From an uncultured Candidatus Actinomarina sp. (GTDB lineage Bacteria; Actinomycetota; Acidimicrobiia; Actinomarinales; Actinomarinaceae): 64,000 bases of DNA. Both the position numbers and the translations under genes were made by a program. Where the stretch lies: NCBI GenBank assembly GCA_902571385.1, contig CACGBK010000002.1, forward strand, positions 56,684 through 120,683, written 5' to 3'. Of this stretch, positions 10,039 to 20,498 are shown one piece after another; within the stretch, counting starts at the first letter, position 1, and each line of letters starts with the position of its first letter. The notes under the pieces were generated by a model. The model ran no database searches. It saw only the letters and a list, made by a program, of their open reading frames with translations, and was not told where the DNA came from.

Positions 10039-11144
10039 TAGATCTTAAATGGCTCGAAACCCTCGAAGATTCAGTAGGTATATATTTAAATAATTTAAAT
10101 ATAAATAATTATGAATATATGCCAGCACTACAAAATCTTACAAGTAATGGAGAAAATCTTAGATTGGGATTTAGCTGTTTCTCATTAAAGATAAATTACA
10201 TACTTGGTGCTTGGGATAAATTACAAGATACTGAGAAAAAAAAATGGGTTAATTACATAAATTCATTTCAATCTATAAATAAAAAATTTCCCGAACATTC
10301 ATATCTTGACGAGACATTGATTAAAAACTACAGCACCAAAAAAATTAAAACTTTTTTTATTGATAGTGTAAAAACCACAATGAATTTATTACCTCAATAT
10401 AAATTTGAAAAAAATCAGATCAAATTATTAAAAGCAGTAAATGCTGAGACTAAACAAGCTATATCAACTTTGCATCAAGTAGGAGAAAGGAATCAAAAAA
10501 AAGTAGGAAATATATTTCAAACCGATCTTACAGTTGATGATTATCTAAATAAATTTGACTGGGCAAGACCGTGGAATGCAGGTGCACAATTTTCTTCACT
10601 TTGTGTTTATTCCACAACCCAAGGATACGAAATCAAAGACGATTTAATTAGTTTTGCAAATATGATGGTTGATAAAGAAACGGGTTCATATTTTTCAAAA
10701 TTACCACAAGACAGTAGAGAAATAATTAATGGTGCTATGAAAGTCATTACTGGATTGGACTGGATAAATGAACAAATTCATTATCCAGAAAAACTAATTG
10801 ATTATTGTATATCAAACAAGCCTATCTTAGAAGGTTGCGATGTTGTCGATTATGTTTATGTTTTATTTAAGTGTAGCCAGCAAACAAACTATAGAAAAAA
10901 AGAAATAAATATCATTTTGATTGATCAACTCATTGAATTAAAAAAACTTTTTGTTGAGAAAGAAGGAGGATTTTCGTATTTTTTAAACAAGTCTCAAACT
11001 CATTACTACGGTGTTGAAATAATAAAAAGTAAAAATCAAGCTGATCTTCATGGAACAATGTTGAGTATTTGGGCAATCTCAATGATTATCAGAAATCTCG
11101 AAGATGAATCAATTAATTTTCATTGGAATATGTTAAAACCATAA
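10035..11144 (+). CDS. Hypothetical protein (369 aa), no recognisable motif
   Basis: Long ORF, ATGA start/stop overlap with upstream gene, codon usage consistent with neighbours. Confidence 0.4.
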   Translation: MIDLKWLETLEDSVGIYLNNLNINNYEYMPALQNLTSNGENLRLGFSCFSLKINYILGAWDKLQDTEKKKWVNYINSFQSINKKFPEHSYLDETLIKNYSTKKIKTFFIDSVKTTMNLLPQYKFEKNQIKLLKAVNAETKQAISTLHQVGERNQKKVGNIFQTDLTVDDYLNKFDWARPWNAGAQFSSLCVYSTTQGYEIKDDLISFANMMVDKETGSYFSKLPQDSREIINGAMKVITGLDWINEQIHYPEKLIDYCISNKPILEGCDVVDYVYVLFKCSQQTNYRKKEINIILIDQLIELKKLFVEKEGGFSYFLNKSQTHYYGVEIIKSKNQADLHGTMLSIWAISMIIRNLEDESINFHWNMLKP

Positions 11145-11178
11145 ACTTAAAATTCACTTATTATATGAGATATAACTA

Positions 11179-12486
11179 ATGAAAATTAAAAAATCAAATT
11201 TATTAAATCGAACTTTTTCTAACTCAATTTTAATTTTTATATCTCTCACTTTTTTATTTGGTAGATCATTCATGGGTCTTTATATATTTGAATTTAGACT
11301 TGGTGAATTGATGGTTGGTTTTGCATTAATATTTTGGCTTTTCTGTTTTGTTGTAGTAATTTTTAACAAATATAACTTTTCACTTCCCAATAATTTTCTC
11401 ATTACAATTTTTTTGTTACCTTTAAGTTTTATATCAGTGCTTTTAATCAGACAAAATAATCTATTTTCAACTTATACATTTAAATCAAGTTCATATATAT
11501 GGACTGTATCAATTTTCTTCTTTGGCATATATATTTATAAAAATTTTGATTTAGATAAAGCATTTATCTATACATTGAATCCTATATTAATACTTGCATA
11601 CTTGTTTCAAGTATTTGGTATTCCAAATTTTATATCTGAATTTTTTCTTACGATGGGGGATAAATTTGAACCACACAAAGGTTCTGATTTAACACTATTG
11701 TTCATAGTTACTTTTATGATCAATGGTAAATATTTTAGAAGCAACAAAAACTATTATGTATATCTCTCATTATTCTCTAGTCTTTATTTGCCTTTTTTAT
11801 ATTTTAAAAGCAGAGCTTCGTTTATAGCAGTTTTATTATTTTTAATTTTTGAAATATTTAAAAACAGGAAATTAATTTTTAAACAATTATGGTTTGTAAA
11901 AGGAATTATTGTTTTAGTTTTTTCAGTTTTGATATTACTGCAGTCTGTTTTCTGGGTAAGAGAAAGTGGAATAATTAAAATTTATGAAGCAAGAGAAAAT
12001 GTTGTATCACTTGTTAAATACAGAACACAAACAACAATTGAAGATGCACCATCACTTTTTTGGATTTCCGATAATAGACTATACAGTTCTGACGGTAATT
12101 TAAATTGGAGAATGGATATATGGCAAGATATTATTTTAGATCTAAACAATAACGATAAAGTTTTTTTTGGATATGGTTATGATGGAATAATTCCTGTGAT
12201 GGAGTGGTATAACGGTTACAGGCTTGGACTAGATGGTCTTAATGAGCATGTACACAATAATTGGTTTAATATATTTGCTCGAGGAGGAATTTTTCAATTA
12301 TTTATTTTTATAACTTTTTATTATTTTTTAATTAAAAAATATCAAAATTTAAATAAAAGTTTGAATATTTTATTATTTATTATTCCACTGCTATTTGTTT
12401 CTTTTTTTGATGCATCTATGGAAAATGCTCACTTTCCATTGTTGTATTACTTTTTTCTTGGTAGAAATTATATATTGGATCAATAG
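11179..12486 (+). CDS. O-antigen ligase / Wzy-type polymerase-like polytopic membrane protein
   Basis: About 10 hydrophobic segments; C-terminal loop NEHVHNNWFNIFARGGIFQL resembles the Wzy_C/O-antigen ligase motif (H-N-x-y-L...G.iG). Confidence 0.55.
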   Translation: MKIKKSNLLNRTFSNSILIFISLTFLFGRSFMGLYIFEFRLGELMVGFALIFWLFCFVVVIFNKYNFSLPNNFLITIFLLPLSFISVLLIRQNNLFSTYTFKSSSYIWTVSIFFFGIYIYKNFDLDKAFIYTLNPILILAYLFQVFGIPNFISEFFLTMGDKFEPHKGSDLTLLFIVTFMINGKYFRSNKNYYVYLSLFSSLYLPFLYFKSRASFIAVLLFLIFEIFKNRKLIFKQLWFVKGIIVLVFSVLILLQSVFWVRESGIIKIYEARENVVSLVKYRTQTTIEDAPSLFWISDNRLYSSDGNLNWRMDIWQDIILDLNNNDKVFFGYGYDGIIPVMEWYNGYRLGLDGLNEHVHNNWFNIFARGGIFQLFIFITFYYFLIKKYQNLNKSLNILLFIIPLLFVSFFDASMENAHFPLLYYFFLGRNYILDQ

Positions 12487-12515
12487 AATATGTATATCGT
12501 TACAATATCAATTAT

Positions 12516-13532
12516 ATGAAAGCTTTAGTTACAGGCATTACAGGTCAAGATGGCTATTACTTATCTAAATTTTTAATAGATAAAGGGTATGAAGTGCACG
12601 GCACAATAAGAAGGGCTTCAACATTTAATACATCTAGAATTGATCCCTTGATTGCAAAATATGAAGGAACCAAGAAACTTAATCTTTATTATTCAGATTT
12701 AATTGATTCATCATCTCTAAATCAATTAGTTTCCTTAATCGAACCAGATGAGATATATAATTTAGCAGCACAATCACATGTTGCTGTTTCGTTTAAGAAC
12801 CCTGCATATACATCTCAAGCTGCACTTGGGACGTTAAATTTATTAGAATCAGTCAAAAACTCAAAGAAAAATATTAAGTTCTACCAAGCGTCCTCGTCGG
12901 AAATGTATGGTGGAGCAAAGAAAGAAAAATTAGATGAAAACTCTTTGTTTGATCCTAAAAGTCCATACGCTGCATCAAAATTATTTGCTCACAATATGAA
13001 TAAAATATACAGAGAATCATACGGTCTCTTTTGTGTAAATGGTATTTTATTCAATCATGAATCACCTTTAAGAGGTGAAACTTTTGTTACAAGAAAGATA
13101 AGCCGTGCTGTTGGAAGAATAAAAAATAATATACAAAAATCTCTTCTGCTAGGAAATCTCGATGCTTCTAGAGATTGGGGCTTCGCAGGCGATTATGTTG
13201 AGGGAATGTGGTTAATGATGCAACATAAAGATCCTGATGACTGGGTATTATCAACAGGAGAAACTCATACTGTAGAAGAATTTGTAAATATTGCTTTTTC
13301 TTCAGTTGATTTAGATTGGAAAGAATATGTAGAAACCGATGATAAATTTCTAAGACCAAACGAAGTAAATTACTTACTTGGCGACTCAACTAAAGCACAG
13401 TCAATTCTTAAATGGAAGCCAAAAGTTTCTTTTAAGCAGCTTGTGGAAATGATGGTAGAAGAAGATTGTAAGCTTGCAGAACAAGAAAAAATTTTGATTG
13501 AAAAAAATCTTTTAGATATAACATGGAATTAA
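12516..13532 (+). CDS. gmd: GDP-mannose 4,6-dehydratase
   Basis: MKALVTGITGQDGYYLSKFLIDKGYEVHG...SPYAASKLFAHN...; near-canonical Gmd over full length (338 aa). Confidence 0.9.
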   Translation: MKALVTGITGQDGYYLSKFLIDKGYEVHGTIRRASTFNTSRIDPLIAKYEGTKKLNLYYSDLIDSSSLNQLVSLIEPDEIYNLAAQSHVAVSFKNPAYTSQAALGTLNLLESVKNSKKNIKFYQASSSEMYGGAKKEKLDENSLFDPKSPYAASKLFAHNMNKIYRESYGLFCVNGILFNHESPLRGETFVTRKISRAVGRIKNNIQKSLLLGNLDASRDWGFAGDYVEGMWLMMQHKDPDDWVLSTGETHTVEEFVNIAFSSVDLDWKEYVETDDKFLRPNEVNYLLGDSTKAQSILKWKPKVSFKQLVEMMVEEDCKLAEQEKILIEKNLLDITWN

Positions 13533-13533
13533 T

Positions 13534-14466
13534 TTAATTATCTATTCTATTCTTTTTAAACCATTCATAAGTTTTTTCTAAGCCATCTTTTAAATTTATA
13601 CTTGGTTTCCATCCGAAGCTTTTGATTAATGAAGAGTCTAATAATTTCCTTGGATTACCATTTGGCATATTTGTATCAAAAGTAATTTCACCATCAAAAG
13701 AAATTATTTTTTTTAAAAGTAACGATAACTCACTAATTGTTACTTCATCTCCTGTACCGATATTTAATAATGATTCTTTGATATCATTTCTTTCGATCAA
13801 AAACTGTATTGCCATGGCAAGATCATCTACATGCATAAATTCTCTTCTTGGTTTTCCTGTACCCCAAATTTGAAATGATTCTTCATTATTTTCTTTAGCT
13901 TTATGCATCTTATATATAAGCCCGGGTATTACATGACTATCCATTTCTGAAAAGTTATCTTCAGGCCCGTAAAGATTTGTTGGCATTAAATTAATTACTT
14001 CATGCCCATATTGAATATTCAGTGAATTAGCTAGCTCAATTGATGTAAGCTTAGCCATAGCGTATGGTGAATTAGTAGGTTCAAGAATGCCAGTCATGAT
14101 ACTTGATTCTTTTATGGGGTTATCAGCATTTAAAGGATAAATACAACTACTACCAAGATTAATTATTTTTGTTTCTTTGTGATCAATACAAGATTCAAGA
14201 ATATTTATATTAATTTTTAGATTCTCTATCAAAAATTCACTTCTTTGAAGATTATTAGCATAAATTCCTCCGACCTTTGCTGCAGCATTTATTAAAACAT
14301 CAGGTTGAAATTTATCTATTGTTTTTTTGGTTTGCTCGTAAGAAAATAAATTAGTATCTTCCCGAGTAGAAAAAAATATTTCATCTGGATTATAAATATC
14401 CTTAAATGTTCTTTTTATTGACTTTCCTACAAGACCGTTGGAGCCAAAAACTAAAATTTTTTTCAT
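13534..14466 (-). CDS. fcl: GDP-L-fucose synthase (GDP-4-keto-6-deoxymannose 3,5-epimerase/4-reductase)
   Basis: KKILVFGSNGLVGKSIKR Rossmann start; SPYAMAKL YxxxK; 310 aa; convergent with and 1 bp from gmd. Confidence 0.8.
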   Translation of the reverse strand: MKKILVFGSNGLVGKSIKRTFKDIYNPDEIFFSTREDTNLFSYEQTKKTIDKFQPDVLINAAAKVGGIYANNLQRSEFLIENLKININILESCIDHKETKIINLGSSCIYPLNADNPIKESSIMTGILEPTNSPYAMAKLTSIELANSLNIQYGHEVINLMPTNLYGPEDNFSEMDSHVIPGLIYKMHKAKENNEESFQIWGTGKPRREFMHVDDLAMAIQFLIERNDIKESLLNIGTGDEVTISELSLLLKKIISFDGEITFDTNMPNGNPRKLLDSSLIKSFGWKPSINLKDGLEKTYEWFKKNRIDN

Positions 14467-14548
14467 AGTTTTTCCAATTAATATAAGTTATTTAAAAATA
14501 TACAACACTATTTGATATTAATCCTATTTTCCTTATTACCATAAGCAA

Positions 14549-15487
14549 GTGATAAATTTATTGTATTGTTTTGATTCAAATTACGATGAAATGGCATTCT
14601 CTTCTATTATTTCAGTACTAGATAAAATCAACGAAAAAATTAATTTATATATTATTCACAATACGAACGATTTGATTAAAAATTTACCTGATTATATTTT
14701 GCAACATAAAAATCTAAATGATATTAACATTCAAAAGTTTCAAAGTAGTGAAGAATATTTTCCCAATGTTGAAAACTCCCATGTCTCGGAGGCTACTTAC
14801 TATAGACTTTTTCTTCAAGACTACATAGATGATGGTGTAGATTTTCTTATCTACTTTGATGCCGATGTAATTTGTCTAAAAGACCCAATGCCATATTTGA
14901 AATTGAAAATTCAATCAATGAATGAAAACAAAATGGAGATAGGCGTAATGAATCAGCCGGGTATTCCAGAAGTTGATATAAGAAGTATCAATCTTGGAAT
15001 AAATAGTGGAAAATATTTTAATGCTGGAGTAATGATAATAAACTTTCCACTTTGGAGAGAAAAAAATATTAAAGAGTCCGCAATTAAAATAATTAGTGAA
15101 AAAAAAGATGAACTTTCTCTCTGGGATCAAGATGTATTGAACATCATTTTTGACGGTAAATTTGAGTACATTGATTACAAATACAACTATAGAATGGATA
15201 TATTAAACTTCTCAAAAAACGAAGTGAAAGTTCTTGACAACGATATTTACCTTCTACATTACTTTGGAAAATCAAAACCTTGGTCGTTGAAAGGGATTAA
15301 TTTTGGAATATCAGAGTATTATCAGAAGGAATATAGAAAATTTAGCAATAATAAATATCACATTGTTCATAATTGGAAAAAAGGATCATTAATTTATATT
15401 TCACAAATTGTATTTTCTGGAAAAATATTTAAATTAAAGTACCCTTTTAGGTTTTTGATTGAGTCTTTACAAAGTTTTTTTAAGTAA
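14549..15487 (+). CDS. Glycosyltransferase family 8 (LPS galactosyl/glucosyltransferase-like)
   Basis: INLLYCFDSNYDEMAFSSIISV, YYRLFL, YFDADVICL (DxD), FNAGVMIINFPLWRE: GT8 hallmarks. Confidence 0.8.
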   Translation: MINLLYCFDSNYDEMAFSSIISVLDKINEKINLYIIHNTNDLIKNLPDYILQHKNLNDINIQKFQSSEEYFPNVENSHVSEATYYRLFLQDYIDDGVDFLIYFDADVICLKDPMPYLKLKIQSMNENKMEIGVMNQPGIPEVDIRSINLGINSGKYFNAGVMIINFPLWREKNIKESAIKIISEKKDELSLWDQDVLNIIFDGKFEYIDYKYNYRMDILNFSKNEVKVLDNDIYLLHYFGKSKPWSLKGINFGISEYYQKEYRKFSNNKYHIVHNWKKGSLIYISQIVFSGKIFKLKYPFRFLIESLQSFFK

Positions 15488-15519
15488 CTTTTTAACAAAA
15501 TCGTTATAAACTTACGTAT

Positions 15520-17340
15520 GTGTGCGGATACATAGGACAAATTTCCAAAAATGGAATAAACCATTCAAGATTAGATAGTCAAAATCGAAATATTATTTGT
15601 AGAGGACCTGATGAAAAGAAGTCAATTAATGGAAACTTATCCCAATTTAGATCAAATTCTGACTTTAATTATTCATTTATTTTTAATAGACTTTCAATAG
15701 TTGATTTATCAAATAGTGCCTCTCAACCCATGTTTTCAAAAGAATTCAATTCCTTAATAATGTTTAATGGTGAAATATACAATCATGAAAACTTGCGGCT
15801 AAATCTAGAAAATGAAGGGGTCAAGTTTTATTCTGACCACTCTGATACAGAAGTGCTCCTTCTTGGATTATCAAAACATGGACTTAAATTTTTAGACAAT
15901 ATAATTGGGCAATTCGCCATAACATTTTTTGACTTCAATCAGAATAAGGGATATTTAATAAGAGATCGATTAGGTCAAAAACCTTTGTTTTATTCTTTAG
16001 AGAATAATAATTTTTTATTTAGCTCAAATTTGAAATCTCTGGCAAATATGCAGGAAACTATCTCTGTAGATAATAACTCTATAGCCGAATATATAAAATT
16101 TGGCTACATTACCTCGCCTAACACAATTTTTAAGAATATTTTCAAATTAAAACCAGCGGAAACAATCGAGTTTAAGTTTGATAAAAATATTGAAATAGTG
16201 TCTAAAAAAATATATTGGAAAATTGATGATTTTGTAGGTGAAAAACCATTTAAAAAAGATATATTTTATGAAAAGTTTTTAGAAGCTGTTGACATAAGAA
16301 GAATCGCAGATGTTAAAGTAGCTGCACTACTTTCAGGAGGAATTGATTCAACCTCGATTGTAAAAGCATTATCAAATTTTTCTGAACCTGTGAACACATT
16401 TTCAATTGGGTATGAAGATTTGAAATATGATGAACAAGTATGGTCAAATAAAGTAGTACAAACATACGAAACAAATCACACTAGTGAAATAATTTCAAAT
16501 CATGAGTTAGAAAATTATATTGATGCAACAATTAACAATTTAGATGAACCTTATGCTGATCCATCAACAGTACCTTCTTATGTAATAAGTAAAAAAATTT
16601 CAAATTTTTACAAAGTTGCTTTAACAGGTGACGGTGGAGATGAATTATTATGTGGTTATAAAAGAATTCAACAAATACAAAATTTACAAAAATTTAATTC
16701 ATTATCGATAAATCTAATTTATAAACTTTACCCATGGTTTTTTGGCACAGGGAATAACTTACTCAAACGTTCAAAAAATCTAAATAAAAATTATCAATCT
16801 TATTTTTCTGACGATAAGTTTTTTAATTATATAAATAAAGAGCAAAAAAAAGAAGTTTTGCCAATTAATAAAATTTTTAATTTAGATCTAGAGTCTCTTA
16901 AAGATTTTATGATGATAGATTATAAATTATTTTTGTCAGAAATGATGATGTATAAAGTTGACAGAATGTCAATGGCGAACTCTCTTGAAGCTAGGTCTCC
17001 ATTTATTGATCATAAACTTATAGAATATTGTATTGGTTCAAATTTAAATTTTTTGTCAACTTCACCCAAGTCAATCCTAAAGGAATACTTAAGTAGTGAC
17101 TTTGACAATGATTTTTTAAACAGAGAGAAAATGGGTTTTGTTTTCAATTTGGAAAAATGGATATATGAAAACATAAAATATATAGAAAACTATTTATTGA
17201 GTAATAATTCATATTTAGGAAGTCCAAATATTATCAAAAATTTGAAAATTAGGAAATCTAGAATAAACGCTCAAAGAATATGGAAAGTATTTGTATTAGA
17301 AAAATATTTGAATGATTATTTTAATGAAAGAAACTCGTAA
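15520..17340 (+). CDS. Asparagine synthase (glutamine-hydrolysing) family amidotransferase (WbpS/AsnB-like)
   Basis: MCGYIGQ N-terminal nucleophile Cys2; SGGIDSTSI PP-loop; 606 aa. Confidence 0.85.
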   Translation: MCGYIGQISKNGINHSRLDSQNRNIICRGPDEKKSINGNLSQFRSNSDFNYSFIFNRLSIVDLSNSASQPMFSKEFNSLIMFNGEIYNHENLRLNLENEGVKFYSDHSDTEVLLLGLSKHGLKFLDNIIGQFAITFFDFNQNKGYLIRDRLGQKPLFYSLENNNFLFSSNLKSLANMQETISVDNNSIAEYIKFGYITSPNTIFKNIFKLKPAETIEFKFDKNIEIVSKKIYWKIDDFVGEKPFKKDIFYEKFLEAVDIRRIADVKVAALLSGGIDSTSIVKALSNFSEPVNTFSIGYEDLKYDEQVWSNKVVQTYETNHTSEIISNHELENYIDATINNLDEPYADPSTVPSYVISKKISNFYKVALTGDGGDELLCGYKRIQQIQNLQKFNSLSINLIYKLYPWFFGTGNNLLKRSKNLNKNYQSYFSDDKFFNYINKEQKKEVLPINKIFNLDLESLKDFMMIDYKLFLSEMMMYKVDRMSMANSLEARSPFIDHKLIEYCIGSNLNFLSTSPKSILKEYLSSDFDNDFLNREKMGFVFNLEKWIYENIKYIENYLLSNNSYLGSPNIIKNLKIRKSRINAQRIWKVFVLEKYLNDYFNERNS

Positions 17341-18434
17341 TCTTGATAAATATTTTCTACTAATTTATTGATATCGTTTCTCTCAAAAACAAAATCCTTG
17401 GCAGCTTTTGAGACATTTTTAAGGTCTTTCAAGTCCTGAGATATATAGCTTAATTTTTTACAATAACTCTCGTTATCTTTAACAAAGAACCCGGATTCAT
17501 TATCGTTGATTAACTCTTTATGATTTTCAATTTTACTAAGTAATACTACACACCCATTAGACATAGCCTCAAGAACAGTTTTTGGATTACCTTCAAAATG
17601 AGAAGTCGATACAAAATATCTATACTCCTTATATTTTTTATTTAACTCATTGTTATTAAGCTGTCCAAGAAAATTTACATTTACACTATTTAATTTTGAC
17701 AACTCTATTAAGTTATTTAATCTTGATCCAACTCCTACAATATCAATTTCGAAATCAGAATTTTTAAAGTCATTTATAAGTCTTTCAAAATTCTTTTGTT
17801 TTTCTAATCTCCCAACAGCAAGTATTTTTTTTGAATCTCTTGATTCAAAATCATTATTATTGTCTACAACAATCCAATTAGGCCTTACCACTATCTTTTT
17901 TGGTCGTACTCTGTAATTTTTTGAATAGTTGAAATCTGCGTTACTTGTTACTGAGTAAAAATCTGCAAAAAATAAATTCAAATTAGTTAAAAGAAGAAAA
18001 AACATTTTCTTTATGAAAGATTTGTTTTCCTCAACTGCAAATTTATATGTATCATAACCTGTCCTTAGTATGTATGGTTTTTTTGTAATTAATTTTATAA
18101 ATATCCCTAGCCATGAACCATTTAGTTGATTGTGTTGAATTAAATCATATTGTTTTATTTCATCTTTGTTTTTTAATACAAAATAAATAGACTTAAAAAC
18201 TTTTATAAATTTATTTCTTCTTTTTTTCATATTTTCAAATATTGGAATTACATTGATATTTTTACTTCCTGGTTTTAAAGTAAAATCTGCTTCACCTCCG
18301 TAAGTTAAAAATGTAAAATGAATATTTTTTTTATCTACAAGCTCTTCAAATATTTTTAATTCTTTCTCAAGTGTTCCTGTGACATACCAAGTTTCTAGAG
18401 AATAATCAAAAGTAAAAATGTACAAAACTTTCAC
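17316..18434 (-). CDS. Glycosyltransferase family 4
   Basis: STSHFEGNPKTVLEAMSNGCVVLLS (E-x7-E). Confidence 0.7.
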   Translation of the reverse strand: MKVLYIFTFDYSLETWYVTGTLEKELKIFEELVDKKNIHFTFLTYGGEADFTLKPGSKNINVIPIFENMKKRRNKFIKVFKSIYFVLKNKDEIKQYDLIQHNQLNGSWLGIFIKLITKKPYILRTGYDTYKFAVEENKSFIKKMFFLLLTNLNLFFADFYSVTSNADFNYSKNYRVRPKKIVVRPNWIVVDNNNDFESRDSKKILAVGRLEKQKNFERLINDFKNSDFEIDIVGVGSRLNNLIELSKLNSVNVNFLGQLNNNELNKKYKEYRYFVSTSHFEGNPKTVLEAMSNGCVVLLSKIENHKELINDNESGFFVKDNESYCKKLSYISQDLKDLKNVSKAAKDFVFERNDINKLVENIYQDYEFLSLK

Positions 18435-18517
18435 ACTTTTATACTAGCTAAATAACTACTTTTTAAATTTATTGAGTTATTAAGATCAATCCCTCTTTAA
18501 AATTAATAAGTAGGTTT

Positions 18518-19393
18518 ATGGTTGCAATAATTGATTCTCCAGATTTTATGCTTAATGACATAAGCGTTGGAAGTCTTACAAAAAGAAAAAAACTCTATCT
18601 TTTTTTTAAAGGATTAATAGTTGGATTCATCTATAAAAATTTGAACGGTAAAATATTTTGCAACTTTATAAATCTTTTGTTTCCAAAAAGATCAAGAATT
18701 AATTATAAAAATGGACAATATTTTAAATATATTTTTGATAATAAATTAATAAGCTATCCAAATAAAAGAATTGTAAGAGTTGTTAACAATTATGAACACC
18801 ATCTTAATTTTTTGTTTGAGTCATATTGTTTAAATAAAATTAGTTTTAAATCTGATGATTATGTCGTAGATTGTGGTGCAAATGTAGGAGAGTTACTTTA
18901 TTGTTTTTACCAAAAAAAGTTAAATATTAACTATATTGCTTTTGAACCTGATCCACATTCATTTACTTCACTCTCTAAAAATCTAAACCAATTTAAAAAT
19001 ACTGAAAAAAATAATCTAGGACTTTCAAATAAAGATGGAAGAGAAGAATTTTTTATTGATTCTTTGGGAGGAAATTCTTCTCTAGAATATTTTGGTAATG
19101 ATGATAAAACTATGATAAGCACAATCACACTAGATTCACTAAATTTAAAAAAAATTAAATTATTAAAGTTAGAAGCAGAAGGTCACGAAGAAGAAGTTTT
19201 ACTAGGTGCAACCAAAACATTAAAACATGTGGAGTTCATTTCAGTTGATTATGGTCCGGAAAAAGGTCCTGATCAAGAACCAACAACAAGCCAAGTTGTT
19301 AAAGTTCTTTATAGGAATAATTTTGAATTAATTTCTACAAGTAAACACAGGCAAATAGGTTTATTTAAAAATACAAATTATGAAGAAAAATAA
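18518..19393 (+). CDS. FkbM-family SAM-dependent methyltransferase
   Basis: VVDCGANVGELLYCF...AFEPDP motif typical of the FkbM family. Confidence 0.7.
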   Translation: MVAIIDSPDFMLNDISVGSLTKRKKLYLFFKGLIVGFIYKNLNGKIFCNFINLLFPKRSRINYKNGQYFKYIFDNKLISYPNKRIVRVVNNYEHHLNFLFESYCLNKISFKSDDYVVDCGANVGELLYCFYQKKLNINYIAFEPDPHSFTSLSKNLNQFKNTEKNNLGLSNKDGREEFFIDSLGGNSSLEYFGNDDKTMISTITLDSLNLKKIKLLKLEAEGHEEEVLLGATKTLKHVEFISVDYGPEKGPDQEPTTSQVVKVLYRNNFELISTSKHRQIGLFKNTNYEEK

Positions 19394-20498
19394 AAGTTTG
19401 ATTTTCATTTTTTCTGGTGGAAGAAAAGAAAGATTAAATTTAGATTCAAATTATGCAAAAGACTTTTTTTATGGATATTTTGGATTTGATAGAGCAGAGT
19501 TTGACACAGATATTGTACAAATAACTCATAAAAAAATTTTTATTATAAATTTTCTTGATAGATTAATAAAAAAGATTTCAAACTTTCCAATAGCGCTGTC
19601 TTCTATATTTAATGATACGTTTAAAATTAAAATCAAAGATTCCGACATTATCTTACTAGTTAATGAATCTGTGATGTTTTATTCTTTGCCGTATATTTAT
19701 TTTTTAAAAAAACGAAAAAAAGACATCAAAATTGGATTATTTACAATGGGTTTATTTTCAAATTTTTCAAACAATAAGCTGAAAAATACAGTTCAACAAT
19801 TTATAATAAAAAAAATTTGTTTTAAAACAATCGATCAGTTTTTATTTTTAGGAAAAGGTGAGTATGAGCATGCAGTAAAAACTTTTGGTAATGAAAAGAC
19901 AAAGTTTAATTTTGTACCTTTCGGTATTGATACCAAGTTTTGGAGATGTGAAGATAGCAATAGTTTGAAAAATAAAGAATATCTATTATTTGTTGGAAAC
20001 GATTTAAATCGTGATTATGAATTTCTTAAAAAACTAGTGAAGAGCATGAATGATTATGAATTTATTATATTGACTTCAAGGTTATCGAAAAACGAATTAA
20101 ATTTTAAGAATGTAAAGATTTACGAGGGAATGTGGTGGAATAATGTATATTCAGATATTGAAATAAAAGAACTTTATAAAAAAGCAATTCTTACAGTTGT
20201 CCCACTTAAAGAATCATTACAACCATCAGGACAAAGCGTAACCCTTCAATCTATGTCTATGGGCACTCCGGTACTCATTACAAAAACAAGTGGGTTTTGG
20301 GACAAAGAAAAATTTGAAGATGAAACGAATATATTTTTTATTGAAAAAAATGATGTAACCTTATGGAAAACTAAAATCGAAAAAACTTTAAAAGATCAAG
20401 CAAAGCTAAATAGTGTATCAAAAAATGGTAAATTACTGGTTAATGAAAATTACAACCTTGATACTTTTACATCAAAAATTAAAAGCATTATTTCATAA
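19380..20498 (+). CDS. Putative GT-B fold glycosyltransferase
   Basis: C-terminal LKESLQPSGQSVTLQSMSMGTPVLITKTSGF resembles GT4 donor-binding region; 14-bp overlap with upstream methyltransferase gene. Confidence 0.45.
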   Translation: MKKNKSLIFIFSGGRKERLNLDSNYAKDFFYGYFGFDRAEFDTDIVQITHKKIFIINFLDRLIKKISNFPIALSSIFNDTFKIKIKDSDIILLVNESVMFYSLPYIYFLKKRKKDIKIGLFTMGLFSNFSNNKLKNTVQQFIIKKICFKTIDQFLFLGKGEYEHAVKTFGNEKTKFNFVPFGIDTKFWRCEDSNSLKNKEYLLFVGNDLNRDYEFLKKLVKSMNDYEFIILTSRLSKNELNFKNVKIYEGMWWNNVYSDIEIKELYKKAILTVVPLKESLQPSGQSVTLQSMSMGTPVLITKTSGFWDKEKFEDETNIFFIEKNDVTLWKTKIEKTLKDQAKLNSVSKNGKLLVNENYNLDTFTSKIKSIIS

